Source: Candidatus Pacearchaeota archaeon (lineage in GTDB: Archaea > Nanobdellota > Nanobdellia > Pacearchaeales > JAPDKA01). Taken from it: DNA of 64,000 nt. Of this stretch, positions 46,039-55,638 are shown in pieces; position 1 is the first letter of the stretch; every line of letters starts with the position of its first letter. Made by a program: the position numbers and the translations under genes. A model generated the notes under the pieces. It worked only from the letters and a program-made list of their open reading frames with translations, was not told the DNA's origin and did not search any database. The DNA lies in the NCBI GenBank assembly GCA_038817835.1, contig JAWAZI010000002.1, positions 11,831 to 75,830 on the forward strand, in the 5' to 3' direction.

Positions 46039-46991
46039 TATTTTTTGAAATAAAATTCAACAACATCTCCATCTAAAAGTTGATGATTTAATGATACTAT
46101 TTGTCCATTAAATTTTACACTTTTCCCATAAACTTTTACTTTTATTAATTTTTCTTTACTTTTTTTTATTTTATCAATTATATCAGCAACAGTTGGAGAT
46201 TTTAAAAAAACAAGAGGCTTTCTCTCAGGTTCTTTAGATTCTGGTTTCTTTAAATAAATTCTAAAAATTGATAGTAATGAAAAAATGATTTCCTTAATTA
46301 TTTCTTTATTCTTTAAAATATCGCAACTTATTAAATCAATAACTTTTCTTATTCTTTTATCTTTAGTTTCAAATATAAATTTTTCTCTCTTAATTTCATT
46401 TGATCCAATTAAATTTATCAATATTAAAATTGGTTTATCTTTTATTTTTTCATTAAAATCAAAAAGTTCAGAAACTATTAAATTTGCATCATCGATTTTT
46501 CTAGCTAAAATTAGAATTAAATCTGTTGTAATTGCATAACTTAACCATTGTTTATCCTCAAACAAATTTAAATATAAAGAAGGAAATTCTATAAGTTGGA
46601 AATCTACATCTTTATAGTTTAGCATACCTATCTCTGGCATTATTGTTGTATATGGTATTTCACTAACTCTTGGTTTTGCATTTGTGAGTAAACTTAAAAG
46701 TAAACTTTTTCCCGAATTAGTAATGCCATAAATACAAACTTGTATACCTTGCTTCTCTATAGATATTCCTTTTCCTTTTTTTAGAGCTTTTTGTTTTATT
46801 CTTTTTTCTTCAAGTTTAGCTTTTAATTTTGCATATCTGGCTCTTAAATTAGCTCTAAGAGATTCTGCACCTTTATGTTTTGGCATAAATTTAAGCATTT
46901 CTTCTAAAGCTGCAAGTCTTTCTTCATCTGTTTTAGCTTCTAAATATTTTCTTTGAGCTTCTAAAAATTCTCTAGAAGCATTTACTACCAT
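46035..46991 (-). CDS. DRG/Obg-family GTPase-like protein with TGS domain; G3/G4 motifs degenerate
   Basis: 318 aa. The N-terminal PKHKGAESLRANLRARYAKLKAKLE is DRG-like. G1 is GITNSGKS. The C-terminal TGS-like end is LLDGDVVEF. No clear DxxG or NKxD. Confidence 0.55.
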   Translation of the reverse strand: MVVNASREFLEAQRKYLEAKTDEERLAALEEMLKFMPKHKGAESLRANLRARYAKLKAKLEEKRIKQKALKKGKGISIEKQGIQVCIYGITNSGKSLLLSLLTNAKPRVSEIPYTTIMPEIGMLNYKDVDFQLIEFPSLYLNLFEDKQWLSYAITTDLILILARKIDDANLIVSELFDFNEKIKDKPILILINLIGSNEIKREKFIFETKDKRIRKVIDLISCDILKNKEIIKEIIFSLLSIFRIYLKKPESKEPERKPLVFLKSPTVADIIDKIKKSKEKLIKVKVYGKSVKFNGQIVSLNHQLLDGDVVEFYFKKY

Positions 46992-47039
46992 AAATAAAAA
47001 TATAATAAATTTTTTAAAATTGTTTCTCTAATTGAGATT

Positions 47040-48230
47040 ATGGACTATCAAAGAAAAAATATTAATGGATTAACTTTAATTTATGAAAAACGTAATTTGC
47101 CTATAACAAGTATAATTATTGGATGTAAAGTTGGAAGTGGTTATGAAAATGAAAAAATTAAAGGGATTAGTCATTTTCTCGAACATGCTGTATTTAAAGG
47201 AACAAAAAATAGAAGCCAATATGAAATAACCAAAAGTATAGAAAAAATTGGAGGAACATTGAATGCTTTTACTAGCTATAATATGACAGCTTTCTATGCA
47301 AAAGTTCCATCAAAACATTTTGATAAAACATTCGATATACTCTCTGATATAGTTCAAAATCCTATTTTTCCTGAAGAAGAAATAAAAAAAGAAAGAAAAG
47401 TTATTCTAGAGGAAATAAAAATGAATCATGATGATCCTATTAGCTTTTTATATAGAAAAGTTTTTGAATGTTTATACAAAAAACCTTTTGGTTTACCAAT
47501 AATAGGAAACAAAAAAAGTTTATTAAATATAGATAGAAAAAAACTTATCAGATGGCAAAAAAATTATTCAAAGGATAATATGATTATAGTAGTTATAGGA
47601 AATAAAGATATTGATAAAGTTGAAGAAATATGCAAAGAAAAAATAATAACAAAAAATAAATACAAATTAAAAGAATTTAAAGTAGAAAAAATATGCAAAA
47701 ATTTTATAGAAAAAAGAAAAAATTTAAAGCAAGCACATTTAGCTTTTTCTATTCATCTTCCAACACCTAATAATAAAAATTTCTATGCAAATAAAATAAT
47801 AAATTCGATTCTTGGAGTTGGTATGAGCTCTTGGCTTTTTCAAGAAATTAGAGAAAAAAGAGGATTGGCATATGCTACACATAGCAATATAGAATATGAA
47901 AAAAATTTTTCACATTTATTAATATATATTGGAACATCAAAAGAAAATGTTAAAGAATGCAACAAAATTGTCGAGGAACTCATAAAAAAATTAAAATATT
48001 TAGAAAAAAAAGATATTGAAGAAGCAAAAGAACAAGTTATTGGAGATTTTGAATTGAGGAGAGAAGATAGCTTAAATAGTGGATTAAATATCCTTTTATA
48101 TGAAAGTTTTGGAAAATATGAAGAATATTATAAATTTAAAGAAAAAATAGAAGAGGTTAATAAAGATAATATAAAAAATGCACTAAAAGAATCGATTGGT
48201 ATAAGTAAAGTTTTTATTTTGCCAAAATGA
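47040..48230 (+). CDS. M16 (pitrilysin) family zinc peptidase
   Basis: 396 aa. Has the inverted zinc motif HFLEHAVFKGT (HxxEH) and a downstream E in VILEEIKM. Confidence 0.8.
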   Translation: MDYQRKNINGLTLIYEKRNLPITSIIIGCKVGSGYENEKIKGISHFLEHAVFKGTKNRSQYEITKSIEKIGGTLNAFTSYNMTAFYAKVPSKHFDKTFDILSDIVQNPIFPEEEIKKERKVILEEIKMNHDDPISFLYRKVFECLYKKPFGLPIIGNKKSLLNIDRKKLIRWQKNYSKDNMIIVVIGNKDIDKVEEICKEKIITKNKYKLKEFKVEKICKNFIEKRKNLKQAHLAFSIHLPTPNNKNFYANKIINSILGVGMSSWLFQEIREKRGLAYATHSNIEYEKNFSHLLIYIGTSKENVKECNKIVEELIKKLKYLEKKDIEEAKEQVIGDFELRREDSLNSGLNILLYESFGKYEEYYKFKEKIEEVNKDNIKNALKESIGISKVFILPK

Positions 48231-48949
48231 TTTATAAAGTTATTGGGATAAGTTTTTGTAGTAATTTAAAAAATAATAGAGAAGCAGAGAAAAATATTAA
48301 TATAATAAAAGTTGATGAAAAAATAGAAGTTGAAAAATTAGATAAAGATAAAGGTTTGAAAGAAATTGAGGAAAAAATAAAATTAAAAGAAAAAAAAGCA
48401 ATTTTTGTTGGAGGTGATCATAGTATTACTTATGCTTTAGTTAAAGCAACAAAACCTAATATGCTTGTTATATTTGATGCTCATGCTGATTTAATTAGAC
48501 CTTTAAAAACAATAACAAATGAAGATTGGTTAAGAGCTTTAATAAATGAAAAAATTTTGGATACAAAGAATATAGTAATGATTGGATTAAGAAATTATGA
48601 TAAAAAAGAAGAATATTTTATAAGAGATAATAATATACCATGCATATTTCTTGACAAAGAAGGAATAGAATTAACTTTAGATGATATTACTGATTTTATA
48701 ATGGAAAAAATGAAAGAGAAAGAAAAAATATATTTAAGCATAGATATAGATTTCATTAATGGATGTGAAATTGAGGCTAATTTTAAAGAACCATTTGGTT
48801 TTAGTAGTAGAGAATTTTTTTATATATTAAAAAGAATATCAAAATTAAAAGAAAAAATAGATTTTATCGATATTGTAGAAGGATTTGCTTCTGATGAAAA
48901 AACAAGAAAAATAATTGAGAAAATAATTGAAATTTTTAATCAAAAATGA
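48227..48949 (+). CDS. arginase/agmatinase family (ureohydrolase) protein
   Basis: 240 aa. Contains GGDHSITY, FDAHADL and SIDIDF, which are Mn-ligand blocks. Shorter than typical SpeB. Confidence 0.65.
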   Translation: MIYKVIGISFCSNLKNNREAEKNINIIKVDEKIEVEKLDKDKGLKEIEEKIKLKEKKAIFVGGDHSITYALVKATKPNMLVIFDAHADLIRPLKTITNEDWLRALINEKILDTKNIVMIGLRNYDKKEEYFIRDNNIPCIFLDKEGIELTLDDITDFIMEKMKEKEKIYLSIDIDFINGCEIEANFKEPFGFSSREFFYILKRISKLKEKIDFIDIVEGFASDEKTRKIIEKIIEIFNQK

Positions 48950-49482
48950 GATGTTTTATTGCTATAGATATTCCAAATACTATCAAAGAAGAATTAGAAA
49001 AAATTCAAAAATTTATAATTAATGATATTAAGGCAAAATTTGTTGAAAAAGAAAATATTCATTTAACATTAAAATTTTTAGGAGAGATTAATGATTATAA
49101 AGTTAATTTTGTTATAGAAGAATTAAAAAAATTAAAAATAAAAAAATTTGAAGCTTATTTAAATGGAGTTGGGTTTTTTCCTAATGAAAATTTCATAAGA
49201 GTTTTCTGGATTGGTTTGGAGCCAAAAGAAATTATTGAAAAAATTCATGAAGATATAGATAATGCTTTAAAAAAATATTTCAAAAAAGATAAAAATTTTG
49301 AAAGCCATATAACATTAGCAAGAATAAAGAGTATAAAAAATAAAGAAGATTTTATAAAAAAAATAAAAAATTTAGAAATAAAAAAAACGAAATTTTTAGT
49401 TGAAGAAATAAAATTGAAAAAAAGTATATTAACAAAAGATGGGCCAATTTATAATGATATTTATATTTTTAAATTAGTATAA
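48946..49482 (+). CDS. thpR: RNA 2',3'-cyclic phosphodiesterase (ThpR/LigT, 2H family)
   Basis: 178 aa. Has two HxT/S motifs: HLTLKFLGE and HITLARI. Confidence 0.8.
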   Translation: MRCFIAIDIPNTIKEELEKIQKFIINDIKAKFVEKENIHLTLKFLGEINDYKVNFVIEELKKLKIKKFEAYLNGVGFFPNENFIRVFWIGLEPKEIIEKIHEDIDNALKKYFKKDKNFESHITLARIKSIKNKEDFIKKIKNLEIKKTKFLVEEIKLKKSILTKDGPIYNDIYIFKLV

Positions 49483-50144
49483 GGTATACTTTTTAGTTCT
49501 TCTTTAGTTTTATATTCTGTTTCTAATATCTTTTTTATTTTTCTTGCTTTTTTTTCTCCAAGCTTTTTTACACTCATAAGTTCAGAAATATTGGCATTAA
49601 CAAATGATTTTATTGTTCTAAATTTTTTCAATATTTCTCTTGCTAAAGTTTTTCCAATTCCAGGAAAACTTTCAATAATAAATTCTTGCTGCTCATATAT
49701 TGTATAAAATTTTGGTTTAGATACTAAACTTATCTCTCTAGGTTTTTTCTTTAATCTTTTATATAAAACTTCTAAAAAATTTGCTGTATCAATATAATCT
49801 TTAGTAAAAATTATTGGTATCTTATGTTCTAAAATAATGCTAAGTATTATTCCCCTAATTGCATTATCATTTAGATTTCCTCTTCCATAAATATCTTCTT
49901 CATCAAAACCTTCAAGAATAATTAATTTATTTTCAAATTCGGTTTCTTTTAAATTTATAACTTGTTTTATTAATCTCTTATTTATCATGCTTGCTATAAA
50001 ATCTGATATAGTTTTTCTTTCTATTATAATATTTCCAATTATATAATCTCCAATACTCAAAATATCTTCTTTAACATTAATACCCTTAGCTTTTAATTCT
50101 GAAATTATTAAACTATTTTTTTCTCTTTTATCAGCTATAATCAT
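49461..50144 (-). CDS. short XPF/Hef-type ERCC4 nuclease with C-terminal (HhH)2
   Basis: 227 aa. Contains ADKREK...GDYII...IERKTISDF (the ERCC4 GDxn-ERKx3D signature) and an HhH-like GIGKTLAREILKKF. Confidence 0.8.
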   Translation of the reverse strand: MIIADKREKNSLIISELKAKGINVKEDILSIGDYIIGNIIIERKTISDFIASMINKRLIKQVINLKETEFENKLIILEGFDEEDIYGRGNLNDNAIRGIILSIILEHKIPIIFTKDYIDTANFLEVLYKRLKKKPREISLVSKPKFYTIYEQQEFIIESFPGIGKTLAREILKKFRTIKSFVNANISELMSVKKLGEKKARKIKKILETEYKTKEELKSIPYTNLKI

Positions 50145-50176
50145 AATTTTTAAATTTATTTTATATTTTAAAATTT

Positions 50177-50452
50177 ATGATAAAATTATTAGCAATAATA
50201 GATACAATAGCTGCCATATTATTAATATTAACTATTTTCAGCATAAAGATTCCATCATTAACAGCGATAATAGCTATATTATTATTAATAAAAAGTATTC
50301 CATTTTTATTTTCTAGTTTTTGCTTAGCTTGTATTATTGATATTATAACTGCTATAGTTTTAATAATATCTAATTTTTTTATGCTTCCTATAATAATTAT
50401 ATTTATAATTTTTTTATTAATATCTCAAAAAGCTTTCTTTAGCTTTTTTTAA
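50177..50452 (+). CDS. small membrane protein (3 TM)
   Basis: 91 aa, hydrophobic. Confidence 0.45.
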   Translation: MIKLLAIIDTIAAILLILTIFSIKIPSLTAIIAILLLIKSIPFLFSSFCLACIIDIITAIVLIISNFFMLPIIIIFIIFLLISQKAFFSFF

Positions 50453-51009
50453 TATTGTATCCCTCTAACTGCAGAAATTTTTTTTGGCATTTTTATAATT
50501 TTTATCTCATTAACATAATCTCCTAATGCTATAAGCTTTTTATCAGCATATCTACCAGTCAAAACTACATTTGTATTTTCACTATTTTTTTTAATAAAAT
50601 TTAATAATTCTTTAATTTCTTTATAGCTTATTAATTTAAGATGATAAGCTAAAATTATTTCATCTAAAACAATCAATCTTGGCTTTTCTTTTTTAACAAT
50701 TTCTTTTGTAAAATTTAAAGCTTCTAAGCATTTTTCTCTATCGAGTTTTGTTATATCTCTAAGTTTAATCTTACCCATTTTCTTTTTTCCACTTTTTATT
50801 TTTATCCAACCTGGAACTCCAAACTGATAAATTTTATAATATTTTTTTATTGATTTTATTTTAGAAAATTTTACTTCTCCTATATTTTTCCAATATTTCA
50901 TAAATTGTATTATAACAACTTTCTCTTTATGTCCTATACATCTTAATGCTAATCCTAATGCATTTGTTGTTTTTCCTCCACCTTCTCCAGTATAAATATA
51001 AATTTGCAT
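50449..51009 (-). CDS. cobO: cob(I)alamin/cob(I)yrinic acid a,c-diamide adenosyltransferase (CobA/CobO/BtuR type)
   Basis: 186 aa. Contains the P-loop GEGGGKTTNALGLALRCIGHKEKVVIIQFMK and VLDEI. Confidence 0.8.
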   Translation of the reverse strand: MQIYIYTGEGGGKTTNALGLALRCIGHKEKVVIIQFMKYWKNIGEVKFSKIKSIKKYYKIYQFGVPGWIKIKSGKKKMGKIKLRDITKLDREKCLEALNFTKEIVKKEKPRLIVLDEIILAYHLKLISYKEIKELLNFIKKNSENTNVVLTGRYADKKLIALGDYVNEIKIIKMPKKISAVRGIQY

Positions 51010-51213
51010 ACTAAAAAAATTTTTTTATATTTATTAATATATCGATTATTTTAATAAATTATTTCTCTCAAGTTCTTATAATTCTTTTTCTTGTTTCTTC
51101 AATGCTTAATCCTTCTAAAAATCCAGCATTTTTGTTCAACTTTAAATTTTCATCTATAATTTTAATTTCATTAATATAATCATTAAGTTTAGAAATTTAA
51201 TCACTATTTGGAT

Positions 51214-53295
51214 TTATAAATAACAAACACTCTTTAAACATTCATGACTAAAATGCAATAAAGCTGATGTTTTTTTCTTTAAATTTCCTAAATATAAAAC
51301 TTGTTGAGACTTACTTCCATAACGATAAATTGTTATACCTTTACATTTTAATTTATATGCAAGTATAAAAGCATTCTTTATATCATCTATACTAGCATTT
51401 TCTGGCATATTTATTGTTTTGCTTACGCTGTTATCAACATATTTTTGCCATATTGCTTGCATTTTTATATGCTGTTCATAAGGAATCTCTAATGCTGTAA
51501 TAAAAATTTCTTTGATATCATTTGGTAAATTAATTCCTTTAAGATTTCCTTGTAAAGCTATTTTTTCTATAATCTCATCACTATAAAGACCATTAACAAT
51601 AAGTTCTCTCAAAAAATATTTATTTATTTCTAAAAAACGTTTTCCATCTAGAATTTCACGTTCAAAAACCAAAGCAAATAATGGTTCTATACTACTAGAA
51701 CAATCTGCAATTATGCTTATTGTTCCAGTAGGTGCTATACTAAGTAATGTAGCATTTCTCATAAGCTTTTTATGTTTTGATTTTTTTAGATTAGGAAAAG
51801 GTCCTTTCTCTAAAGCTAATTTATGGCTCTCATCATAAGCAATTCTTCTCATAAATCTTGCAATTTTTTCACTAAATTTTAAAGCCATTTCACTATTATA
51901 TGGAATTTTTAAAATAAAAAATAAATCAGAAAGACCCATAACTCCTAAACCTATTTTCCTATTTGCTTTAACTTGTTTTTCTATTTCTTTTAATGGATAT
52001 TTATTTATATCTATAACATTATCAAGAAATCTTACAGCAAGTCTTATAGTTTCTTCAAACTTTTTCCAATCAAATTCGAAACTTCCATCATTTTTTTGTT
52101 TAATCATTTTTGTTAAATTTATGCTTCCTAAGTTACAAGCTTCATATGCAAGTAATGGCACTTCTCCACAAGGGTTAACACCTTCTATAGGGATATTCAA
52201 ATTATGTTTTCTATTTATTTCATCTATAAAAATTAAACCAGGATCTCCAGTTTTCCAAGCTGCAAGACAAATTTTATCAAAAAGTTCTTTTGCATTGATT
52301 TTTTTAACTTTTTTCTTATTTCTAGGATTAATTAGCCAATAGTATCTATTTTTTATTACAGCTTTCATAAATTTATCATCGACAGCAACACTAATATTAA
52401 AATTACTTAATGTTTTCTCATAAGCTTTAGAATTAATAAATTCCTCGATATCAGGATGACTAACATGCAATATTCCCATATTTGCTCCCCTACGTTTCCC
52501 ACCTTGCTTAATAACTTCTGTTGCCATATCATAAATTTTCATAAAACTTACTGGTCCTGATGCTATACCTCTAGTACTTTTTACAATATCTCCTTTTGGT
52601 CTTATTCTAGAAAAATTAAAACCTGTTCCACCTCCACTTTGTTGTATCTTTGCCATATTATTAAGAGTAGTAAAAATAGAATCTAAGCTATCTTCTATTG
52701 GCAATACAAAGCATGCAGCAAGCTGTCCAACTTTTGTTCCAGCATTCATTAATGTAGGGCTATTAGGTAAAAACTCTAAATTAATAAGCATATCAAAAAA
52801 TTTTTTTTCAATTTCTTTAACTTGTTTTTTATTTTTTCCATATTTATATTCTGCAGAAGCAACAGCTTTAGCAACTCTTGCAAACATTTCTCTTGGAGTT
52901 TCTATAATATTTCCTTCTTCATCTTTAAGTAAATATCTTTCTTCTAAAACTTTAATAGCAGTTGCACTAAATTTTAAGTCATCTTTAAGTTTTAAAAATT
53001 GTTTTATTTCTCTAGCTAAATGCCTAGAGCGTCTATATAAAGAATAAGCTTTAGCTATTCTTTGATCTTTCTCAAATAAAGTTTCTTCTATAATGTCTTG
53101 AATTTCTTCAACATTTATAATATCTTTAAATTTCTTATTAATTTTTTCAACAACAATTTTTGTTACATTACTAGAGAAATTTTTTTCAACATTTTTCTTT
53201 CCTACAAAATTTACAGCTTTTTCAATTGCATTCTTTATTTTTTCAATATTAAATTCAACAACTTCGCCTGTTCTTTTTTTTACTTTTTTAATCAT
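51214..53295 (-). CDS. nrdJ: class II (adenosylcobalamin-dependent) ribonucleotide reductase with N-terminal ATP-cone
   Basis: 693 aa. The ATP-cone is VKKRTGEVVEFNIEKIKNAIEKA. The catalytic block is VNPCGEVPLLAYEACNLGSINL. Also contains NSPTLMNAG and SISKTINMP-like SVSKTINMP. Confidence 0.9.
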   Translation of the reverse strand: MIKKVKKRTGEVVEFNIEKIKNAIEKAVNFVGKKNVEKNFSSNVTKIVVEKINKKFKDIINVEEIQDIIEETLFEKDQRIAKAYSLYRRSRHLAREIKQFLKLKDDLKFSATAIKVLEERYLLKDEEGNIIETPREMFARVAKAVASAEYKYGKNKKQVKEIEKKFFDMLINLEFLPNSPTLMNAGTKVGQLAACFVLPIEDSLDSIFTTLNNMAKIQQSGGGTGFNFSRIRPKGDIVKSTRGIASGPVSFMKIYDMATEVIKQGGKRRGANMGILHVSHPDIEEFINSKAYEKTLSNFNISVAVDDKFMKAVIKNRYYWLINPRNKKKVKKINAKELFDKICLAAWKTGDPGLIFIDEINRKHNLNIPIEGVNPCGEVPLLAYEACNLGSINLTKMIKQKNDGSFEFDWKKFEETIRLAVRFLDNVIDINKYPLKEIEKQVKANRKIGLGVMGLSDLFFILKIPYNSEMALKFSEKIARFMRRIAYDESHKLALEKGPFPNLKKSKHKKLMRNATLLSIAPTGTISIIADCSSSIEPLFALVFEREILDGKRFLEINKYFLRELIVNGLYSDEIIEKIALQGNLKGINLPNDIKEIFITALEIPYEQHIKMQAIWQKYVDNSVSKTINMPENASIDDIKNAFILAYKLKCKGITIYRYGSKSQQVLYLGNLKKKTSALLHFSHECLKSVCYL

Positions 53296-53330
53296 CTTAA
53301 AATAGTTTGTAAATTAATATGCTTTATTTT

Positions 53331-54863
53331 TTATTTCTTTAAATAATCAAATAATGTTTTTATTTTTTCTCTTACATTAAATTTTTTCATGTTTTTAATA
53401 TTATCATACATTTTCTTTTCTTTATGAAATGCTGACCAATAATAACCTTCATCTCTAGTTTTTTCTGTAATTAATATAATTACTTCTCCTTCTCTTGTTC
53501 TTCCTGTTCTACCAGCTCTTTGTATTTTTCTTATTGCAGAAGGAATTGGTTCATAAAATATTACAGCATCTACTTCAGGTAAATCGAGTCCCTCCTCTCC
53601 AACACTTGTAGAAATAAGAACATTAAAAAAGCCATATTTAAATTCTTCAAGTATTTGTTTTTGTTGTTTTTGGTTTAATCCTTTTATTCTTTTCTTAGCT
53701 TGACCAATAAAAATCTGGCATGGAATATTAAAAAGATTTAGATAATCTCTAATTTTAACAATATTATCTCTGTATTGTGTAAAAACTATAGCCTTAAATT
53801 CTGGGTTATTTTTTATTTTTTCTTGTAAAATTTCTCTAAGTTTTTCAAGTTTTGGATGTTCTTTTCCTTTATTATAAAACTCTAAAACAATTAAATAAAT
53901 TTTCTCAAAATCTTCATCTCTTATCAATTGCAAAGTTGCTCCGCTTCTTTTATTTTTTGCTTTTTGATAAAGATCATTAAGATAAAAATATAAAGCATTA
54001 ATACTTTGTGTTTCTAGAAGCTCAATAGCATGATGTAACTTTAATACTATTGCAGAAGTTTTTAAAAAATTGAAAACATTATAATTTTTTGATTTTATTT
54101 GATTTTGTAAAAATTTTTGCAACTCTAAAAGTTGTTTTTTTGTTGGTTTTTTTGTTTCTATTAATCCAGCACTAATTAATTCATTTATTTTTTTATTATA
54201 TAAAGATTCAATTCTCTCTTTCAAAATTAAAAATTCTTTATCCAATTTAACTTTTACTATTTTAAATATTAATTTTTTTAGATATGGTTTAACGTCTGGA
54301 CTTTCCCTTGTTCTTATTTCTATAGCTTCTATGCCTAAATTATTGCATATTTCTTTAATTTTAGTTTTTTCTTCACCAGGAGAAGCTGTTAAACCTAAAA
54401 TTCTTATATTTTTTCCCTCATTTTTATATCTTTGAGCAATATAAACATAATCATAATTTTTCAAACATCTATGAGCTTCATCAAAAATAATACAACTAAC
54501 TGAAGAAAAATCAATGTTCCCATTTCTTAAATCGTTGGCTATTGTTTGAGGAGTAGCAAATATAACTTTAGAATTTTCCCATATATTTTTTCTTTTCTCT
54601 TTTTTTATTTCTCCAGTTAAAATTGATGCCGGATAACTAAAAAGTTTTTTAAAATTTGAAAAATGTTGATCAACTAATGGTTTTGTTGGAGCTAAAAACA
54701 ATGCTTTACCTCCAAAATATTTAAGTCTAAAATCGATTAAGTAAAAGCCAATAAGTGTTTTTCCCAAACCAGTAGGTAATATAACAAGTGTATTCTTTTG
54801 TTTAGAAGTATTTAATATTGCTTCTTGATATTTTCTTAACATAATAAAAAATAATATAAACAT
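53331..54863 (-). CDS. hef: Hef/FANCM-type SF2 helicase (helicase-only)
   Basis: 510 aa. Contains LRKYQ, LPTGLGKT, FDEAHRC, LTASPG, an inserted helical domain, STSVGEEGLDLPEVD and QRAGRTGR. The likely true start is MLRKYQ at 54842. Confidence 0.85.
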   Translation of the reverse strand: MFILFFIMLRKYQEAILNTSKQKNTLVILPTGLGKTLIGFYLIDFRLKYFGGKALFLAPTKPLVDQHFSNFKKLFSYPASILTGEIKKEKRKNIWENSKVIFATPQTIANDLRNGNIDFSSVSCIIFDEAHRCLKNYDYVYIAQRYKNEGKNIRILGLTASPGEEKTKIKEICNNLGIEAIEIRTRESPDVKPYLKKLIFKIVKVKLDKEFLILKERIESLYNKKINELISAGLIETKKPTKKQLLELQKFLQNQIKSKNYNVFNFLKTSAIVLKLHHAIELLETQSINALYFYLNDLYQKAKNKRSGATLQLIRDEDFEKIYLIVLEFYNKGKEHPKLEKLREILQEKIKNNPEFKAIVFTQYRDNIVKIRDYLNLFNIPCQIFIGQAKKRIKGLNQKQQKQILEEFKYGFFNVLISTSVGEEGLDLPEVDAVIFYEPIPSAIRKIQRAGRTGRTREGEVIILITEKTRDEGYYWSAFHKEKKMYDNIKNMKKFNVREKIKTLFDYLKK

Positions 54864-54890
54864 TTTTAAAATTATTTTGATTATAGATAA

Positions 54891-55625
54891 ATGAAAGAAA
54901 AAGAACTGAAGGAAGGTGATGTAGTTTTATGTACAGTAAAAGAAATAGGAAAATCTCAAGTATTTTTAATTATTGATAAATATAACAAAATTGGTGTAAT
55001 GCAATTCAGTGAAGTAGCAGCAGGAAGAATAAGAAATATTAGGAAATATGTTAGTGTAAACAAAAAAGTTGTATGTAAAGTTTTAAGAATTTTGCCTGAT
55101 GGACATATAGACCTATCATTAAGAAGAGTATCAATGAAAGAAAGAGAGGAAGTTATGAAGGAATATAAATTAAATAAAGATGCTGAAAATTTATTAAAAG
55201 TAATTTTAAAAAATGATTTCGAAAAAATTAGAGATAATATATTAAATAAATATGAAAGTTTTCATGAATTTTTATTAAAATTTAAAGAAAATAAAAATAT
55301 AGCAAAAGAAGTTGGAATTAAACAAAAACAAATTGAAGAAATTGAAGAGGAAATTAAAAAAAGAATAAAAGAAAAAATTGTTAAAAAGAATTATGTTTTA
55401 CTTCTAACAACTTATGACGCTAATGGAATAAAAAAGATAAAAGATATATTTAAAAAAATAATAGATGAAGGAGTAACTATAAAATATATCTCTCCTCCAA
55501 GATATGAATTAATTTTAGAAGGAAAAAATTATGAAGAAATTGAAAAAAAATTTATTGAGATAAAAAATAAAATAGATAAAGAAAAAAATAATTTTGAAAT
55601 TTTAGAAATTAAAGAAAAAATATAA
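54891..55625 (+). CDS. translation initiation factor aIF2 alpha subunit
   Basis: 244 aa. An S1 domain (LKEGDVVLCTVKEI...GVMQFSEVAAGRIRNIRKYV...KVLRI...IDLSLRRVS) is followed by helical and alpha-beta domains. Confidence 0.88.
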   Translation: MKEKELKEGDVVLCTVKEIGKSQVFLIIDKYNKIGVMQFSEVAAGRIRNIRKYVSVNKKVVCKVLRILPDGHIDLSLRRVSMKEREEVMKEYKLNKDAENLLKVILKNDFEKIRDNILNKYESFHEFLLKFKENKNIAKEVGIKQKQIEEIEEEIKKRIKEKIVKKNYVLLLTTYDANGIKKIKDIFKKIIDEGVTIKYISPPRYELILEGKNYEEIEKKFIEIKNKIDKEKNNFEILEIKEKI

Positions 55626-55638
55626 GAAAAAAATATAA

